The translations under genes were made by a program, and so were the position numbers. A DNA stretch of 46,962 nucleotides. Source: Verrucomicrobiota bacterium (GTDB lineage: Bacteria > Verrucomicrobiota > Verrucomicrobiia > Chthoniobacterales > UBA10450). Below are positions 1 to 10,170 of the stretch, piece by piece. Position 1 is the stretch's first letter, and each line of letters opens with the position of its first letter. The notes beneath the pieces were generated by a model that saw nothing but the letters and a program-made list of their open reading frames with translations, was not told where the DNA came from and made no database searches. Location of the stretch: NCBI GenBank assembly GCA_003218705.1, contig QHOI01000157.1, positions 1 to 46,962 on the forward strand, written 5' to 3'.

Positions 1-2
1 GC

Positions 3-1607
3 GATATCAGCTTTCCGCTTCCGCTGCCCGATGATCCGCGAAAGTGGCAGGGATGGAATAATTATCGGTCGCCGAACTACTACGAGCGGCTCTGTCTCGA
101 TCGGCACGCCAATCCAAGCAACGAGCTGATCGAAGAACACTGCCGCGAGCTCATGCGGTGGTGGCAAAAAAAACTGCCGCTTAAGAATCAGCCGAGTAAT
201 CCACTTGCCCAACTGCTTCGCTCGGGACTGGAGGAATCATCCCGATTTCTGACCGAGGCGCGGGTGGAACTTGTCGATCCTGAACACCGCCGGGTTCTCG
301 ATGAACAACTGGAGGCGCTGCAACACGAAGCGGCCATATTTGAATTTCTTAAATACCTCGAGTTCGTCCTTTCCAACGGCCTCCTCACCGTCGAGGAAGA
401 AAAAAATCTCCTACGCTTCGGGGCCGAGCGGGCCCTGACCGAAGCCGAAATGAATTCGATGATCGAAGAGGCGCTGCACAAAAGTGGCGCGCAACGTCAG
501 GCAGTTGCGCCTCCGCCAGTCGCGAACGGCACGGGAGCGCCCGTGAAATCTTCGTCCGCTAATCCTCAGGAGGAATTCTTGCGCCTGATGCGCCTGAGCA
601 ACCTCGACAGTTTCAGCCTGAGTGACGATCAACGCGACACCTTTATCGACATGGCGGAAAACCTCGGGCTCGACCCGGCCGAAGCCGAGGATCTGGTGGA
701 TCTTTACCTGGAAGAAGCGGACGAGAAATCACTCGCAGCTCCGCCAAGCGCAACGTCGACTGCACCCACGCCGCGCGCTGAAGGAAAGCCTGTTTCGACG
801 CCCTCTCCGGTTGAGGAAAAACCGTCGCCCGCAAAGATCGAGCACAATCCAGAGCTGGAACGCTCGCGTTACAGCAATTTCACAAACACGGTCGGTGAAA
901 TGATGATTTTTATTCCATCGGCCGACTTCACGATGGGAAGTGACGCCGAGGACGCCGCGCCAAATGAGCGTCCGCTTACGCATGTTACCTTGAGCCGCTT
1001 TTATATCTCGCGATGCCTGATCACCAACGCCGAGTACGAGCAATTCGATCGTGCTCACCAGGCCAAGCGGGCTCCCGGCGCGGGGGATCGCCATCCCGTC
1101 GTTTACCTGAGTTATCTCGATGCCGTGAAATTTTGCCAGTGGTTGAGCACGCGCGAACGCCGAAAATATCGTCTGCCCACCGAAGCGGAATGGGAGTACG
1201 CGGCCAAAGGAAATGACCAGCGCAAATTCCCGTGGGGAAATTATGACGGCCGCGGCGATCTCGCGAATTTTGCCGACCGCAACACCGTTTTTGCCTGGAG
1301 CGATCGCGAAATCGATGACGGTTATCCGGAAAGTTCGCCGGTCGGCGCGTTCCCGCTTGGCGCCAGTCCATTTGGAATCGAAGACATGGCCGGAAATGTC
1401 TGGGAATGGTGTCTCGATTATTACGAGCTTTATCGCCCGGGACCGAAAACGAACCCGCGCGGATCGACCGCCGGCAGCAAGCGCGTGCATCGTGGCGGCA
1501 GTTGGAAATCGCGCTTCAGCAGTTTACGGACAACGGCGCGCAGTTCGAACGTGCCCGGTTTTGGGTGTAACGATCTCGGCTTCCGGATCGTTTGTGAGTG
1601 CGACTAA
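3..1607 (+). CDS. FGE-sulfatase (SUMF1 / formylglycine-generating-enzyme-like) domain protein, 5' partial
   Basis: Frame 3 is open from nt 3, with no stop before the listed ATG at 153, so the gene probably starts upstream of the window. The C-terminal ~250 aa carry FGE-sulfatase hallmarks (RPLTHVTLSRFYIS, LPTEAEWEYAAKG, GNVWEWCLD, RVHRGGSW, DLGFRIV). The N-terminal part is helical/acidic with a P/S/T-rich linker. Confidence 0.8.
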   Translation, partial: DISFPLPLPDDPRKWQGWNNYRSPNYYERLCLDRHANPSNELIEEHCRELMRWWQKKLPLKNQPSNPLAQLLRSGLEESSRFLTEARVELVDPEHRRVLDEQLEALQHEAAIFEFLKYLEFVLSNGLLTVEEEKNLLRFGAERALTEAEMNSMIEEALHKSGAQRQAVAPPPVANGTGAPVKSSSANPQEEFLRLMRLSNLDSFSLSDDQRDTFIDMAENLGLDPAEAEDLVDLYLEEADEKSLAAPPSATSTAPTPRAEGKPVSTPSPVEEKPSPAKIEHNPELERSRYSNFTNTVGEMMIFIPSADFTMGSDAEDAAPNERPLTHVTLSRFYISRCLITNAEYEQFDRAHQAKRAPGAGDRHPVVYLSYLDAVKFCQWLSTRERRKYRLPTEAEWEYAAKGNDQRKFPWGNYDGRGDLANFADRNTVFAWSDREIDDGYPESSPVGAFPLGASPFGIEDMAGNVWEWCLDYYELYRPGPKTNPRGSTAGSKRVHRGGSWKSRFSSLRTTARSSNVPGFGCNDLGFRIVCECD

Positions 1608-1632
1608 GTTGTAGGGACTGGTGTCCTTACTG

Positions 1633-1664
1633 GCAAAAAGAAAGCCGCCGTCAGCGGCGGCTTT
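1633..1664 (-). terminator. Rho-independent terminator hairpin downstream of rpsU, possibly bidirectional
   Basis: Perfect 10-bp stem aaagccgccg (1641-1650) / cggcggcttt (1655-1664) with loop tcag. On the minus strand a cttttt run follows. It lies in the 81-nt gap between the convergent FGE-domain gene and rpsU. Confidence 0.75.
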
Positions 1665-1688
1665 CAAAAGACGTCAACGTTGTCGATG

Positions 1689-1883
1689 TTATGCGGTAAA
1701 GCGGAACTTTGTCCGGCCGCGCTTGGCGTTGTTCTTCGCTTTGCGGCGGTGCTTTTGATTCGGCGTCTCGAAAGCGCGCAGACGGCGCACTTCCTCGAGA
1801 ATGCCCTCGGAATCAAGCTTGTTCTTCAACCGCTTGAGTGCGCGATCTACCGGCTCACCTTTGCGAACGAGTACTTCTGGCAT
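1689..1883 (-). CDS. rpsU: 30S ribosomal protein bS21
   Basis: 64-aa ORF MPEVLVRKGEPVDRALKRLKNKL... with a basic C-terminus, the classic S21 sequence pattern. Confidence 0.93.
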   Translation of the reverse strand: MPEVLVRKGEPVDRALKRLKNKLDSEGILEEVRRLRAFETPNQKHRRKAKNNAKRGRTKFRFTA

Positions 1884-2009
1884 CGATAATCAACTCCAAT
1901 TCCTTGCAAATTTTGTGCCCAAATGGCGAGGCCGAGCTTAATCGGGCTAGGCGACTCCGTCAAATCGGCCACGCGGACAGGCTGATTCGCACGATTTTCA
2001 TATAGACTT

Positions 2010-2453
2010 ATGCGCCATTTTCTCGTCATCGTCTTAATCGGGCTGGCGTCGTCTGCGTTCGGAGCAACGCTCCAAATGCCAACCGAGAACCGCGTCATAA
2101 TACCCGGACACTGGAGACCGTCAGGCGGCTACATGGACGTTGCATTAAGGTGCGCTGCCTGGTTTCTTGAACACCCCGATGTGTCAGATGCGAATTCTCT
2201 GCGCGAGATAGCGCTCATTCGCCAGCACGCACGCGAATATCGCGTTCAGTTCATAGGCACGTTTCGGAACGGTCAGACCGTGCTTCTCTGCAACTTTTTT
2301 CCAGCTCCCAAACCCGGAGAGAAACAGGATCCTTACTCTTATTGGCGGAGCAGACGAGTCGAAGCAAAAGGCGGCGGGTTTTGGTTTTGGAGACTCGAGT
2401 TCGATAACGCGGTCGGCCGCTGCACGAATTTCGCTGTGAACAGCAACAGCTGA
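2010..2453 (+). CDS. Hypothetical secreted protein
   Basis: 147-aa ORF with a signal-like N-terminus (MRHFLVIVLIGLASSAFGA). No family recognised. Confidence 0.55.
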   Translation: MRHFLVIVLIGLASSAFGATLQMPTENRVIIPGHWRPSGGYMDVALRCAAWFLEHPDVSDANSLREIALIRQHAREYRVQFIGTFRNGQTVLLCNFFPAPKPGEKQDPYSYWRSRRVEAKGGGFWFWRLEFDNAVGRCTNFAVNSNS

Positions 2454-2486
2454 TAGCTGGGAGGCAATTCTAGCTTAAAAGACGCG

Positions 2487-4826
2487 CTAACGGGCGAGCG
2501 GATTCGCGGCCGTCGGCTTTTGCGTGACTTCCCGACGCAAAGTGCTGGTGCTTTGGCCCCGAGCGCGGCTCCACCAGAGGACGATTGGCGACGCGATGAA
2601 GATGGATGAATACGTTCCGACTACGACTCCGACGATGATTGCGAGTGAGAAATCGCGCAGGACCGCGCCGCCAAGCAGGAACAGACACAGAATCGGGATG
2701 AGCGTGACCGTGCTGGTCAATATGGTGCGGCTCAACGTCTGATTGATGCTCGAGTTCATGATTTCTTCGATCGACCCGCGCCGTCCGCTGGCCAGACCTT
2801 CACGAATACGGTCGTAAACGACGATCGTGTCGTTGATCGAATAACCGGCGATGGTCAGGACGGCGCCGACCATGGTCAGAGTTAGCTCCCGTCCGAGAAG
2901 CGAAAAGACGCCGACCGTGATGATGACGTCGTGCAGCAACGCGACGATCGCGCCGACCGCGAATGAAAGTTCAAACCGAAAGGTGACGAAAATTAAGATG
3001 CCAAGAATTCCGAGTCCAAGGGCCACGAGGGAGCTTTTGGCCAGTTCGCCGCCAACTAAAGCACCGACTCGCTCCGACCGTTCCACTTTGAAATTCGCGC
3101 TCGGCATGGTCTGGATGATTTGCTTCTCCACTTTGTCACTCGTGTTCAGCGGGCTGCGAACAGTGATGTAGTATTTGCCGCTTTGGGCCGATTCCTGAAT
3201 CGATGCGTCCGCCAAACCGATCGGTTTCAACCCGTCGCGCACTTGCCCGACGTCGATCTTGGCCGGCGAGCTTAGCGTCACCAAATCGCCGCCTCGGAAA
3301 TCGACGCCGAAGTTTTTCTCGCCACGAATATAAAACGATGTCGCGCCGGCCAGGATGAGCGCGAGCGAGCACATGCAGGCGAGAAATCCTTTGCCGAGGA
3401 AGTTGATGTTTTGCGACGAAATCAGATGCAGCATCGAGATCTTCTTCACCCGGCCCGTGTCTACCAGCCAGCCGAGTGCGTTCCGGCCGACGATGAGCGC
3501 GGTAAAGAGCGACGCGAGGATGCCGAAGGTCAACGAAATCGCGAACCCCCTGACCGGACCAGCGGCCTGCCAGAATAAAATGAGTGCGGTGATCAGCGTG
3601 GTCACGTTCGCGTCGAAAATGGAGCTGAATGCTTTTTGATAAGCCGTTTCCATCGCCACCCTGAGCGATTTCCCAAGGGCCATTTCTTCGCGCAGGCGCT
3701 CGTAAATCAGTACATTGGCATCAACCGACAAGCCAATCGTCAAAATGATGCCGGCAATTCCAGGAAGAGTCAGAACGAATCGAAACATTGTGAGCGCGCC
3801 GATCAGGAGAACGAGGTTTACTAGGAGCGCGAGGTTCGCGACCAATCCCGGCAGTCGATAATAGATAAGCACGCACACCAACGTGATTGCCAGTCCTAGC
3901 AAGCCGGCCATGATGCTGGCGCGGATCGAATCCAGGCCCAGTGTTGGCGAAACGCTGCGCTCTTCTTCGATGCTGACCGGTGTTTGGAGCGGGTTTTCCA
4001 AAACGCTGGCCAAGCCGCGCGCTTCTTTTTCCTCGAACTTCCCCGTGATAATGGCGTCGCCGCCATAAATCGCATCGCGAATCACCGGTGCGGATTGAAT
4101 CACGCCGTCGAGCACGATCGCAAAGCGGTGCCCTTTGTATTGTTCTGTGATTTTGCCGAATTGTTTCGCGCCTTCGCCATCGAACTTGAGCTGCACGGTC
4201 CAGCCTTCGTTGCCGTAGTAAGCATGCGATTCTTTGACGCGATCACCGCCGAGATCGGCTTTCTTTTTGACGAGTAAACGTTCCTCGCGCGGCTTTTCAT
4301 TTCCTTCCGCCGTCATTTTGTAAACTTCGATCCGATACTCGGGTGGAATGACTTCCTTGCCCTCATCGATCAATCTCAAGCGCTCGCCGTTGTCGGGATA
4401 AACAAGGCGAAACTCGAGTTTTGCCACCCGGGAGAGTTGCTCGCGCGCCTCCTGAATTTTCGCCGTATCGAGACCAGGAATCTGGACCAGAATGCGATCA
4501 TTCCCCACTGGACTGATGACTGGCTCGCTCACGCCAAAATAATCGATGCGCTTACGAATCACTTCGACCGCCTGGTCGAGCATTCCCTTGTTCACATCTT
4601 TGTCGCCACCCATCAGGCGAATGAGGAACGAGGTGCCGCCTTGAATATCGAGACCGAGCTGAATTTTTTCTTTCGGCGGCCAGATCGTGGCGATGCTGAA
4701 CGCAACCAACAACATCACCAAGGTCGTAGCCAGTAATCGTTTTCGCAGACCGACGTCAGTCGCAAAATACCAGCCAAAAAGAACCAGCAGTCCGAGACCG
4801 GCAAAAAATGTGAGAGCGGGAGTCAT
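2487..4826 (-). CDS. secDF: Protein translocase subunit SecDF (fused SecD-SecF)
   Basis: 779-aa ORF with an ATG at 4826. It has an N-terminal TM segment, a large periplasmic domain (GLDIQGGT...), then two successive 6-TM modules with SecD/SecF motifs (SVDANVLIYERLREE; INDTIVVYDRIRE). It follows yajC as in the conserved tgt-yajC-secD-secF arrangement. Confidence 0.93.
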   Translation of the reverse strand: MTPALTFFAGLGLLVLFGWYFATDVGLRKRLLATTLVMLLVAFSIATIWPPKEKIQLGLDIQGGTSFLIRLMGGDKDVNKGMLDQAVEVIRKRIDYFGVSEPVISPVGNDRILVQIPGLDTAKIQEAREQLSRVAKLEFRLVYPDNGERLRLIDEGKEVIPPEYRIEVYKMTAEGNEKPREERLLVKKKADLGGDRVKESHAYYGNEGWTVQLKFDGEGAKQFGKITEQYKGHRFAIVLDGVIQSAPVIRDAIYGGDAIITGKFEEKEARGLASVLENPLQTPVSIEEERSVSPTLGLDSIRASIMAGLLGLAITLVCVLIYYRLPGLVANLALLVNLVLLIGALTMFRFVLTLPGIAGIILTIGLSVDANVLIYERLREEMALGKSLRVAMETAYQKAFSSIFDANVTTLITALILFWQAAGPVRGFAISLTFGILASLFTALIVGRNALGWLVDTGRVKKISMLHLISSQNINFLGKGFLACMCSLALILAGATSFYIRGEKNFGVDFRGGDLVTLSSPAKIDVGQVRDGLKPIGLADASIQESAQSGKYYITVRSPLNTSDKVEKQIIQTMPSANFKVERSERVGALVGGELAKSSLVALGLGILGILIFVTFRFELSFAVGAIVALLHDVIITVGVFSLLGRELTLTMVGAVLTIAGYSINDTIVVYDRIREGLASGRRGSIEEIMNSSINQTLSRTILTSTVTLIPILCLFLLGGAVLRDFSLAIIVGVVVGTYSSIFIASPIVLWWSRARGQSTSTLRREVTQKPTAANPLAR

Positions 4827-4872
4827 GTCTTTGTCATGTCGAGCGAAGTCGAGACATCTCTTACTATTTCAG

Positions 4873-5190
4873 TCATTCCGTTTTTAAAACATTCGTGATC
4901 GCCGATTTTTCCATCTCGATCTTCACGTTATCGGCCACTTTCAGCATCACGGTTGTCTCCTTCACGTTCGCGATCAACCCGTGAATGCCTGCGTTCGTCA
5001 CCACCTGGTCGCCTGTTTTCAAGCTGGAAATCAAGCGTTGCTGCTGCTGTTGCCGTTTTTTCTGCGGCCGAAACAACACGAAGTACATGATGACGAAAAT
5101 GAAAATGAACGGGATGAAGAACCCGATGCCGCCGGCCGGACCTGGAGCAGGCGCGGCGGGTTGCGCTTGAGCTAAAAACAAAAACAGCAT
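4873..5190 (-). CDS. yajC: Preprotein translocase subunit YajC
   Basis: 105-aa ORF with a single TM segment and the YajC motif (VLFRPQKKRQ...LKTGDQVVTNAGIHG...V). Confidence 0.9.
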   Translation of the reverse strand: MLFLFLAQAQPAAPAPGPAGGIGFFIPFIFIFVIMYFVLFRPQKKRQQQQQRLISSLKTGDQVVTNAGIHGLIANVKETTVMLKVADNVKIEMEKSAITNVLKTE

Positions 5191-5305
5191 GCTGAAAATT
5201 TAGGTGAGCCGGAGCTTAAACCCGAACGCTTCCGCTGCAATCGAGAATCGCTGTAGGGGACGCTGTTAGCGTCCCGTTTCTTGGTCGGGAAGCAAACTGC
5301 TCCCC

Positions 5306-6520
5306 CTACAAATCCGTTACATCGACCTCTCGCGTTTCGTAGTTCGAAACGAACTCGCGCCGAAACTCGTCGAGCGTGCCTTTGTCGATCTTGTCCCGCG
5401 CCTGGCGCATCAAATCGAGATAAAAATGCAAATTGTGCAGCGTGATCAGGCGCAGCCCGAGAATTTCTTCAGCTTTAATCAAATGGCGGATGTAACCACG
5501 ACTGAATTCACGGCAACTCATGCACCCACAATTGTCTTCGATCGGCCTTTTGTCCCTCGCAAACTCCGCGTTTTTCAAATTGAGCGTGCCGGTAGAAGTG
5601 AACGCGGTGCCATTCCGCGCGAGTCGCGTTGGCAATACGCAATCGAACATGTCCATGCCGCGCGCGATCATTTCCAGCAATTGCGGTGGCGTGCCGAGCC
5701 CCATCGCGTAACGCGTCTTGTCGCTTGGCAAGAACGGCTCGCTCGAGTCGACAGCGCGGAACATTTCTTCTTCCGGTTCGCCGACACTGACTCCGCCAAT
5801 TGCGTAGCCGTCGAAATCAAGAGCGACAATCGCTTGCGCGCTTTGTTGGCGCAGCTCACCAAACGTCGCACCCTGAACGATTCCGAAAACTAATTGTCTG
5901 GCTGTAGCGGCGGCCGTGTCGGCCGCACGGTTTTCAGAACTGCTGCTGGGGGCAGCTACAACATCAGCAGAGCGTTGGGCGTTTGCTTCTGCCCATTCTT
6001 TGCATCTCTTCGCCCAGCGTGTCGTCCTTTCCGCACTTTTTGCAGAGTAATCGTACTCGCATGGCCAAGGCGGGCATTCGTCCAACACCATTGCGATGTC
6101 GCTTCCGAGCGCAGCCTGGATTTCCATCGCGATCTCCGGCGAAATAAATGCGGGCGTTCCGTCGACGTGATTTTGAAACTGAACGCCCTCGTCGGAAATT
6201 TTTCGCAACTTCGCCAGCGAAAAAATCTGGTAACCGCCGCTGTCGGTCAGAATCGGCCGGTCCCAGGTCATGAATTTGTGGAGACCGCCGAAATGTTTGA
6301 TCACCTCAATCCCCGGCCTGACGAAGAGATGATAAGTGTTTCCCAGAACGATCGGCGCGTTCAATTCGCGCAATTCGCGCGGGCTCACCGCCTTAACACT
6401 TCCCTGCGTCCCTACCGGCATGAACGCCGGTGTTTCAATCGCGCCATGCGCCGTCGTTAAACGACCATGCCGCGCTTTTGACTCCCGATCTTGGGCCAGA
6501 AGTTCGAACATTTTCGGCAT
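5306..6520 (-). CDS. tgt: Queuine tRNA-ribosyltransferase (tRNA-guanine transglycosylase)
   Basis: Tgt motifs are present: [24 protein letters not shown], and the zinc site CGCMSC...H. The ATG at 6520 (MPKMFELL) is preferred over the TTG at 6541 given in the ORF track. A low-complexity insertion lies near 5894-5989. Confidence 0.92.
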   Translation of the reverse strand: MPKMFELLAQDRESKARHGRLTTAHGAIETPAFMPVGTQGSVKAVSPRELRELNAPIVLGNTYHLFVRPGIEVIKHFGGLHKFMTWDRPILTDSGGYQIFSLAKLRKISDEGVQFQNHVDGTPAFISPEIAMEIQAALGSDIAMVLDECPPWPCEYDYSAKSAERTTRWAKRCKEWAEANAQRSADVVAAPSSSSENRAADTAAATARQLVFGIVQGATFGELRQQSAQAIVALDFDGYAIGGVSVGEPEEEMFRAVDSSEPFLPSDKTRYAMGLGTPPQLLEMIARGMDMFDCVLPTRLARNGTAFTSTGTLNLKNAEFARDKRPIEDNCGCMSCREFSRGYIRHLIKAEEILGLRLITLHNLHFYLDLMRQARDKIDKGTLDEFRREFVSNYETREVDVTDL

Positions 6521-6577
6521 GCGAAGAGAGACTTCGCGCAATCGCGCCGCAAAACAAATCCAGACGCAAAATATTCT

Positions 6578-6605
6578 TTGCGGCCTGGGATTTTCCCTCT
6601 ATATT
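6578..6605 (+). promoter_or_regulatory. Candidate sigma70-type promoter for the rpsL operon
   Basis: TTGCGG (6578-6583), a 16-nt spacer, then TATATT (6600-6605). It sits about 100 nt upstream of the rpsL ATG in the divergent tgt/rpsL intergenic region. A T-rich leader follows (gggcgggttttttt). Confidence 0.4.
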
Positions 6606-6707
6606 CGCGCTTCACCGCATCAGGCGCGTGACAGTGTATTACGCGACTGGGCGGGTTTTTTTGTCGCCGGGAACACGAGGTTTTTGGCGGCGCTTTGTTT
6701 GGAAAAA

Positions 6708-7154
6708 ATGCCCACGATTAATCAGTTGATTCGGAAAGGACGCCGAAAAATGTCGGTGAAATCGAAGTCACCGGCGTTGACTAATTGTCCTCAACGCCGC
6801 GGCGTTTGCGTGCAGGTGATGACGCGCACGCCGAAGAAGCCAAATTCCGCGCTGCGGAAAGTGGCCAAGGTTCGCTTGACGAACGGCGAGGAAGTGATTG
6901 CCTACATTCCAGGCGAGGGCCACAACTTGCAGGAGCACTCGATCGTGCTTGTGCGCGGGGGGCGAGTAAAAGATTTGCCGGGCGTTCGCTACCACATTGT
7001 GCGGGGCACGCTCGATTCGTTGGGCGTCGATGGACGCCGGCGAAGTCGCTCCAAGTATGGGGCGAAGCGCCCGAAAGGTGGCGCGGGCGGCGGCGGCGGC
7101 GCGAAACCGGCCGCGGGCGCAAAGGAAGCGGCGCCAAAGGAAGAGAAGAAGTAA
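6708..7154 (+). CDS. rpsL: 30S ribosomal protein uS12
   Basis: [13 protein letters not shown]...; ATG at 6708 within the longer ORF 6336-7154. It has a Gly/Ala/Lys-rich C-terminal tail. Confidence 0.96.
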   Translation: MPTINQLIRKGRRKMSVKSKSPALTNCPQRRGVCVQVMTRTPKKPNSALRKVAKVRLTNGEEVIAYIPGEGHNLQEHSIVLVRGGRVKDLPGVRYHIVRGTLDSLGVDGRRRSRSKYGAKRPKGGAGGGGGAKPAAGAKEAAPKEEKK

Positions 7155-7177
7155 ATTTTTGAGACGAAAGATCGACA

Positions 7178-7651
7178 ATGTCGCGACGGAAGAGAGTTTA
7201 CAAAAAGGAAGAGCGCGTCGATTCCCGTTACGGGAGTCCGGCGGTCGCGCGTCTCATCACCACGGTGATGAAGCGCGGCAAGAAATCGCTCGCCGAGCGC
7301 ATTGTTTACACCGCGATTGAAAAATCACGCGAAGGTTCCGATTCGGTCGATCCGCTCGAAGTCGTAAACAAGGCGATCGAGAACGTTCGCCCGCGCTTGG
7401 AAGTGAAATCGCGCCGAGTTGGCGGTGCGACATATCAAGTGCCGCTGGAAGTGCCGCCGGCGCGCCAAATTTCCCTAGCCACACGCTGGATCGTTCAATA
7501 CGCCGATACTCGCAAAGGCATGCCGATGGCGCAGGCGCTCGCCCAGGAAATTAAGGACGCGGCAGCCGGTCAGGGCAACGCAATTAAGAAACGCGAAGAC
7601 ACACACAAAATGGCGCAAGCGAACCGTGCGTTTGCCCATTTCCGTTGGTAA
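7178..7651 (+). CDS. rpsG: 30S ribosomal protein uS7
   Basis: 157-aa [23 protein letters not shown]...; conserved position after rpsL. Confidence 0.96.
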   Translation: MSRRKRVYKKEERVDSRYGSPAVARLITTVMKRGKKSLAERIVYTAIEKSREGSDSVDPLEVVNKAIENVRPRLEVKSRRVGGATYQVPLEVPPARQISLATRWIVQYADTRKGMPMAQALAQEIKDAAAGQGNAIKKREDTHKMAQANRAFAHFRW

Positions 7652-7655
7652 ATTT

Positions 7656-9833
7656 ATGCCCGCGACGCTCGAAAAGAAAAAATCGACATCGGCGGGCCCG
7701 AACTCGCCGAACCGCAAGTTCCCGCTCGAGCGGACGCGGAACATCGGCATCGCCGCGCACATCGACGCCGGTAAAACGACGATCACCGAACGCGTTCTCT
7801 TTTACACGGGAATGATCCACAAGATGGGCGAGGTCCATGAAGGCACCACCGTCACTGACTGGATGGAACAGGAGCGCGAGCGCGGAATAACGATCACATC
7901 GGCCGCGACCACCTGCAGCTGGGCCCAGCGCAAGGAAGAAGGCGTTTACAAAATTTTCGAAGGGATCAAACAGCGGATCAACATCATCGACACGCCCGGT
8001 CACGTGGATTTCACGGCCGAAGTGGAGCGTTCGTTGCGCGTGCTCGACGGCGCGATCGCAGTTTTCGATGGAGTGGCTGGCGTGCAACCGCAATCAGAAA
8101 CCGTTTGGCGTCAGGCCACGAAATACAACGTCCCCTGCCTTGCGTTCATCAACAAGATGGATCGGGTTGGCGCCAACTTCGAGATGTCGGTCGATAGCAT
8201 TCATAAAAAACTCGGCGCAAACGCCTGGCCGGTGCTTTTGCCTCTGGGCAGGGAGGATCAGCTCAAAGGTCAGCTCGACGTTATTAATAAGAAGGCAATC
8301 ATTTATTCCGACAGCGATCAGCTTGGATCGACATATGAGGTCACGGACATCCCGAAGGAACACGTCGCTGCTGTCGACAAGGCTTACAAAGAACTGGTCG
8401 AACAGATTTCCAATCTCGATGACGAGATTGCCGAAGCGGTCCTGGAAGAGAAGCCGATCACTCCGGAGCTGTTGAAGGCCGCGATTCGCCGACAAACGAT
8501 AGCGAACAAATTTGTGCCGGTCATCGGCGGTTCGGCGTTGAAGAACATTGGTGTGCAGTACTTGGTCGACGCGGTGGTCGATTACCTGCCGAGTCCGCTC
8601 GACATTCCGCCAGCCAAAGGGATGGACCCCGACACCCACGAGCCGATGGAAGCGCTGACGGACGATAACGGGAACTTCTGCTCCCTCGCGTTTAAACTTT
8701 GGAGCGATCCATTTGTCGGGAAACTCGTTTTCTTCCGCGTCTATTCCGGCACGCTTTCGAAAGGCGACACCGTTTACAATCCGCGCACGAACAAACGTGA
8801 ACGCATCTCGCGTTTGATCCAAATCCAGGCCGACAAGCGCGAAGACATCGAAACGTGTTATTCGGGCGACATCGCCGCGATTGTTGGAATCAAGAACATT
8901 ACGACCGGCGACACATTGTGCGATGAGGACCATCCGATCCTGCTCGAGCCGCCGACGTTTCCTGATCCCGTCATTTCAATGGCGATCGAGCCAAAGACGA
9001 AATTGGACCAGGAAAAAATGGGCGTGGCCTTACAGCGTCTGGCCGAAGAAGATCCGACGTTTCGCGTCTACACCCACGAAGACACTGGTCAGACCATCAT
9101 CGCGGGCATGGGTGAGTTGCATTTGGAAATCATCCGCGACCGCATGTTCCGCGAATTCAAGGTGGACGCGAACGCGGGCAAACCGCAGATCGCGTATCGC
9201 GAAACAATCACCACCAACGCGCACGGTGTCGGCAAGTTAATCAAACAATCCGGCGGTCGAGGTCAGTACGGACACGTTGAAGTGGATTTACGGCCAGGCG
9301 AGCGCAGCAAAGGCCTCGTGGTCGAAAACAAGATCGTGGGCGGCGTTATTCCGCGCGAATACATCCCGGCGGTCAAGAAAGGCATCGAAGAAGCAGTGCT
9401 CGATGGTGTGCTTGGCGGCTACCCAGTTGTCGATGTTGAGGCGGACATTGTTTTCGGAAGCTTTCACGAAGTCGATTCGAGCGAGCTCGCGTTCAAGATG
9501 GCTGCGATCTTCGCGATGAAGGACGGCTTCCGGCAGGGCAAACCGATCCTGCTCGAGCCGATCATGAAGGTGGAAAACATCACCCCGGAAGAATATCAGG
9601 GCGACATTATCGGCGACTTAAACCGGCGTCGCGGCCAGGTGAACAGCATCGAGTCGCGTGGAAACCTGACCATCGTTCACGCTGAAGTTCCGTTGGCAGA
9701 GCTGTTCGGCTATGCCACCGCGATTCGCTCGCTTTCGAAAGGCCGGTCGAGTTACTCGATGGAGCCGTCGCACTTTCAACAGGTGCCGCAGAATTTGGTC
9801 GCGGCGATTCTTGATCAAAGGGAAGAAAAATGA
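7656..9833 (+). CDS. fusA: Elongation factor G
   Basis: GTPase motifs [17 protein letters not shown] and NKMD. The ATG at 7656 lies 4 nt after the rpsG stop, whereas the ORF-track start at 7626 lies inside rpsG. About 18 extra N-terminal residues precede the G domain. Confidence 0.96.
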   Translation: MPATLEKKKSTSAGPNSPNRKFPLERTRNIGIAAHIDAGKTTITERVLFYTGMIHKMGEVHEGTTVTDWMEQERERGITITSAATTCSWAQRKEEGVYKIFEGIKQRINIIDTPGHVDFTAEVERSLRVLDGAIAVFDGVAGVQPQSETVWRQATKYNVPCLAFINKMDRVGANFEMSVDSIHKKLGANAWPVLLPLGREDQLKGQLDVINKKAIIYSDSDQLGSTYEVTDIPKEHVAAVDKAYKELVEQISNLDDEIAEAVLEEKPITPELLKAAIRRQTIANKFVPVIGGSALKNIGVQYLVDAVVDYLPSPLDIPPAKGMDPDTHEPMEALTDDNGNFCSLAFKLWSDPFVGKLVFFRVYSGTLSKGDTVYNPRTNKRERISRLIQIQADKREDIETCYSGDIAAIVGIKNITTGDTLCDEDHPILLEPPTFPDPVISMAIEPKTKLDQEKMGVALQRLAEEDPTFRVYTHEDTGQTIIAGMGELHLEIIRDRMFREFKVDANAGKPQIAYRETITTNAHGVGKLIKQSGGRGQYGHVEVDLRPGERSKGLVVENKIVGGVIPREYIPAVKKGIEEAVLDGVLGGYPVVDVEADIVFGSFHEVDSSELAFKMAAIFAMKDGFRQGKPILLEPIMKVENITPEEYQGDIIGDLNRRRGQVNSIESRGNLTIVHAEVPLAELFGYATAIRSLSKGRSSYSMEPSHFQQVPQNLVAAILDQREEK

Positions 9834-10141
9834 CGGACGGCCAACGTATTCGTATTCGTTTGAAGGCGTTCGATCATCGCATGCTCGACCAGTCCGCGGT
9901 CGAGATTGTTGAAACCGCGAAGCGCACCGGCGCCCGTGTGGCCGGACCGATCCCGCTGCCGACGTTGATCGAGAAGTTCACCGTGAACCGTTCGCCGCAC
10001 GTGGACAAAAAATCGATGGAACAATTTGAGATCCGCACGCACAAACGGTTGCTCGACATAATCGAGCCGACCGCAAAAACGGTGGATGAGTTGAAGAAAC
10101 TGAATTTGCCTGCGGGCGTCGATATTACGATTAAGATTTAG
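9830..10141 (+). CDS. rpsJ: 30S ribosomal protein uS10
   Basis: 103 aa, [16 protein letters not shown]...; ATGA overlap with the fusA stop. Confidence 0.96.
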   Translation: MTDGQRIRIRLKAFDHRMLDQSAVEIVETAKRTGARVAGPIPLPTLIEKFTVNRSPHVDKKSMEQFEIRTHKRLLDIIEPTAKTVDELKKLNLPAGVDITIKI

Positions 10142-10170
10142 CCGCTTGAGAATTTTGCCACGACGCCAAC

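Noticed and set aside
729-1490. 253-aa minus-strand ORF antisense to the FGE-sulfatase-domain gene
   Set aside because: It lies entirely within a gene that has clear family motifs on the + strand. The translation is Arg/Gly-rich and low in information, as is typical of antisense frames in GC-rich DNA.
4827-4872. Hairpin or REP-like element in the yajC-secDF spacer (atgtcgagcgaagtcgagacat)
   Set aside because: Pairing is short and bulged (atgtc/gacat plus a direct gtcgag repeat). There is a single copy in the window and no T-run, so support is insufficient.
6336-6707. 5' extension of the rpsL frame (the ORF track lists 272 aa from 6336)
   Set aside because: The extension overlaps the tgt 5' end and the intergenic promoter region. 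S12 begins with the universal MPTINQLIR at the ATG at 6708.
8094-8933. 279-aa minus-strand ORF inside fusA
   Set aside because: It is antisense to the unambiguous EF-G coding sequence and has no recognisable motifs. Long antisense ORFs are expected at this base composition.
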